A model generated the notes under the pieces. The model saw only the letters and a list, made by a program, of their open reading frames with translations. It did not search any database and had not been told where the DNA came from. Of a stretch of DNA of 64,000 nucleotides, positions 63,601 through 64,000 are shown piece by piece. The DNA is from Squalus acanthias (lineage: Eukaryota): the NCBI GenBank assembly GCA_030390025.1, contig JASTWF010000034.1, positions 1,612,001 through 1,676,000 on the forward strand, in the 5' to 3' direction. Each line of letters starts with the position of its first letter. Position 1 is the stretch's first letter. The position numbers and the translations under genes are program-made.

Positions 63601-64000
63601 TGCAAAGGGAGCTTTACTCTGCATCTCTCGATCTAACCGGTGCTGTACCTGCCCTTGGACTGTTGGATTGGGCAGTGTAAAGGGAGCTTTACTCTGTATC
63701 TCTCGATCTAACCGGTTCTATACCTGCCCTTGGACTGTTTGATTGGGCAGCGTAAATGGAGCTTCACTCTGTATCTCTCTCTCTAACCGGTTCTATACCT
63801 GCCCTTGCCTGTTTGATTGGGCAGTGTAAAGGGAGCTTTACTCTGTATCTCTCTATCTCACCCGTGCTTTACCTGCCCTTGGACTGTTTGATTGGACAGT
63901 GTAAAGGGAGCTTTACTCTGTATCTCTCGATCTAACCGGTGCTATACCTGCCCTTGGACTGTTTGATTGGGCAGTGTAAAGGGAGCTTTACTCTGTATCT
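48604..64000. repeat. 75-bp satellite array, about 205 copies, runs off the window
   Basis: Unit GTGTAAAGGGAGCTTTACTCTGTATCTCTCGATCTAACCGGTGCTATACCTGCCCTTGGACTGTTTGATTGGGCA; AAGGGAG at 49501 and 49576. Confidence 0.99.

Overview
Repeat-dense vertebrate DNA, most likely from a cartilaginous fish (shark/ray). That call is an inference from a HE1-type V-SINE, abundant CR1/HER1-like LINEs and GPR139-like first exons. 1-7555: two PIF/Harbinger DNA transposons, one an internally deleted derivative and one a decayed two-gene copy (transposase plus 3-exon Myb/SANT gene) interrupted by a CR1. 7.5-41.5 kb: nested CR1, L2, Penelope and SINE fragments with several local minisatellites, plus the only host-gene traces: two paralogous minus-strand first coding exons of GPR139/GPR142-like GPCRs with a conserved promoter but no 7TM exon between them, and a lone kanadaptin (SLC4A1AP)-like exon. 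42.1-48.1 kb: GA/GT/GAAT compound microsatellite, followed by a 500-N gap. 48.6-64 kb: 75-bp satellite that appears derived from a 67-bp repeat also present at 24.7-25.4 kb. No complete intact host gene is visible. All family and protein calls rest on motif recognition, not database searches, and TE boundaries are approximate.
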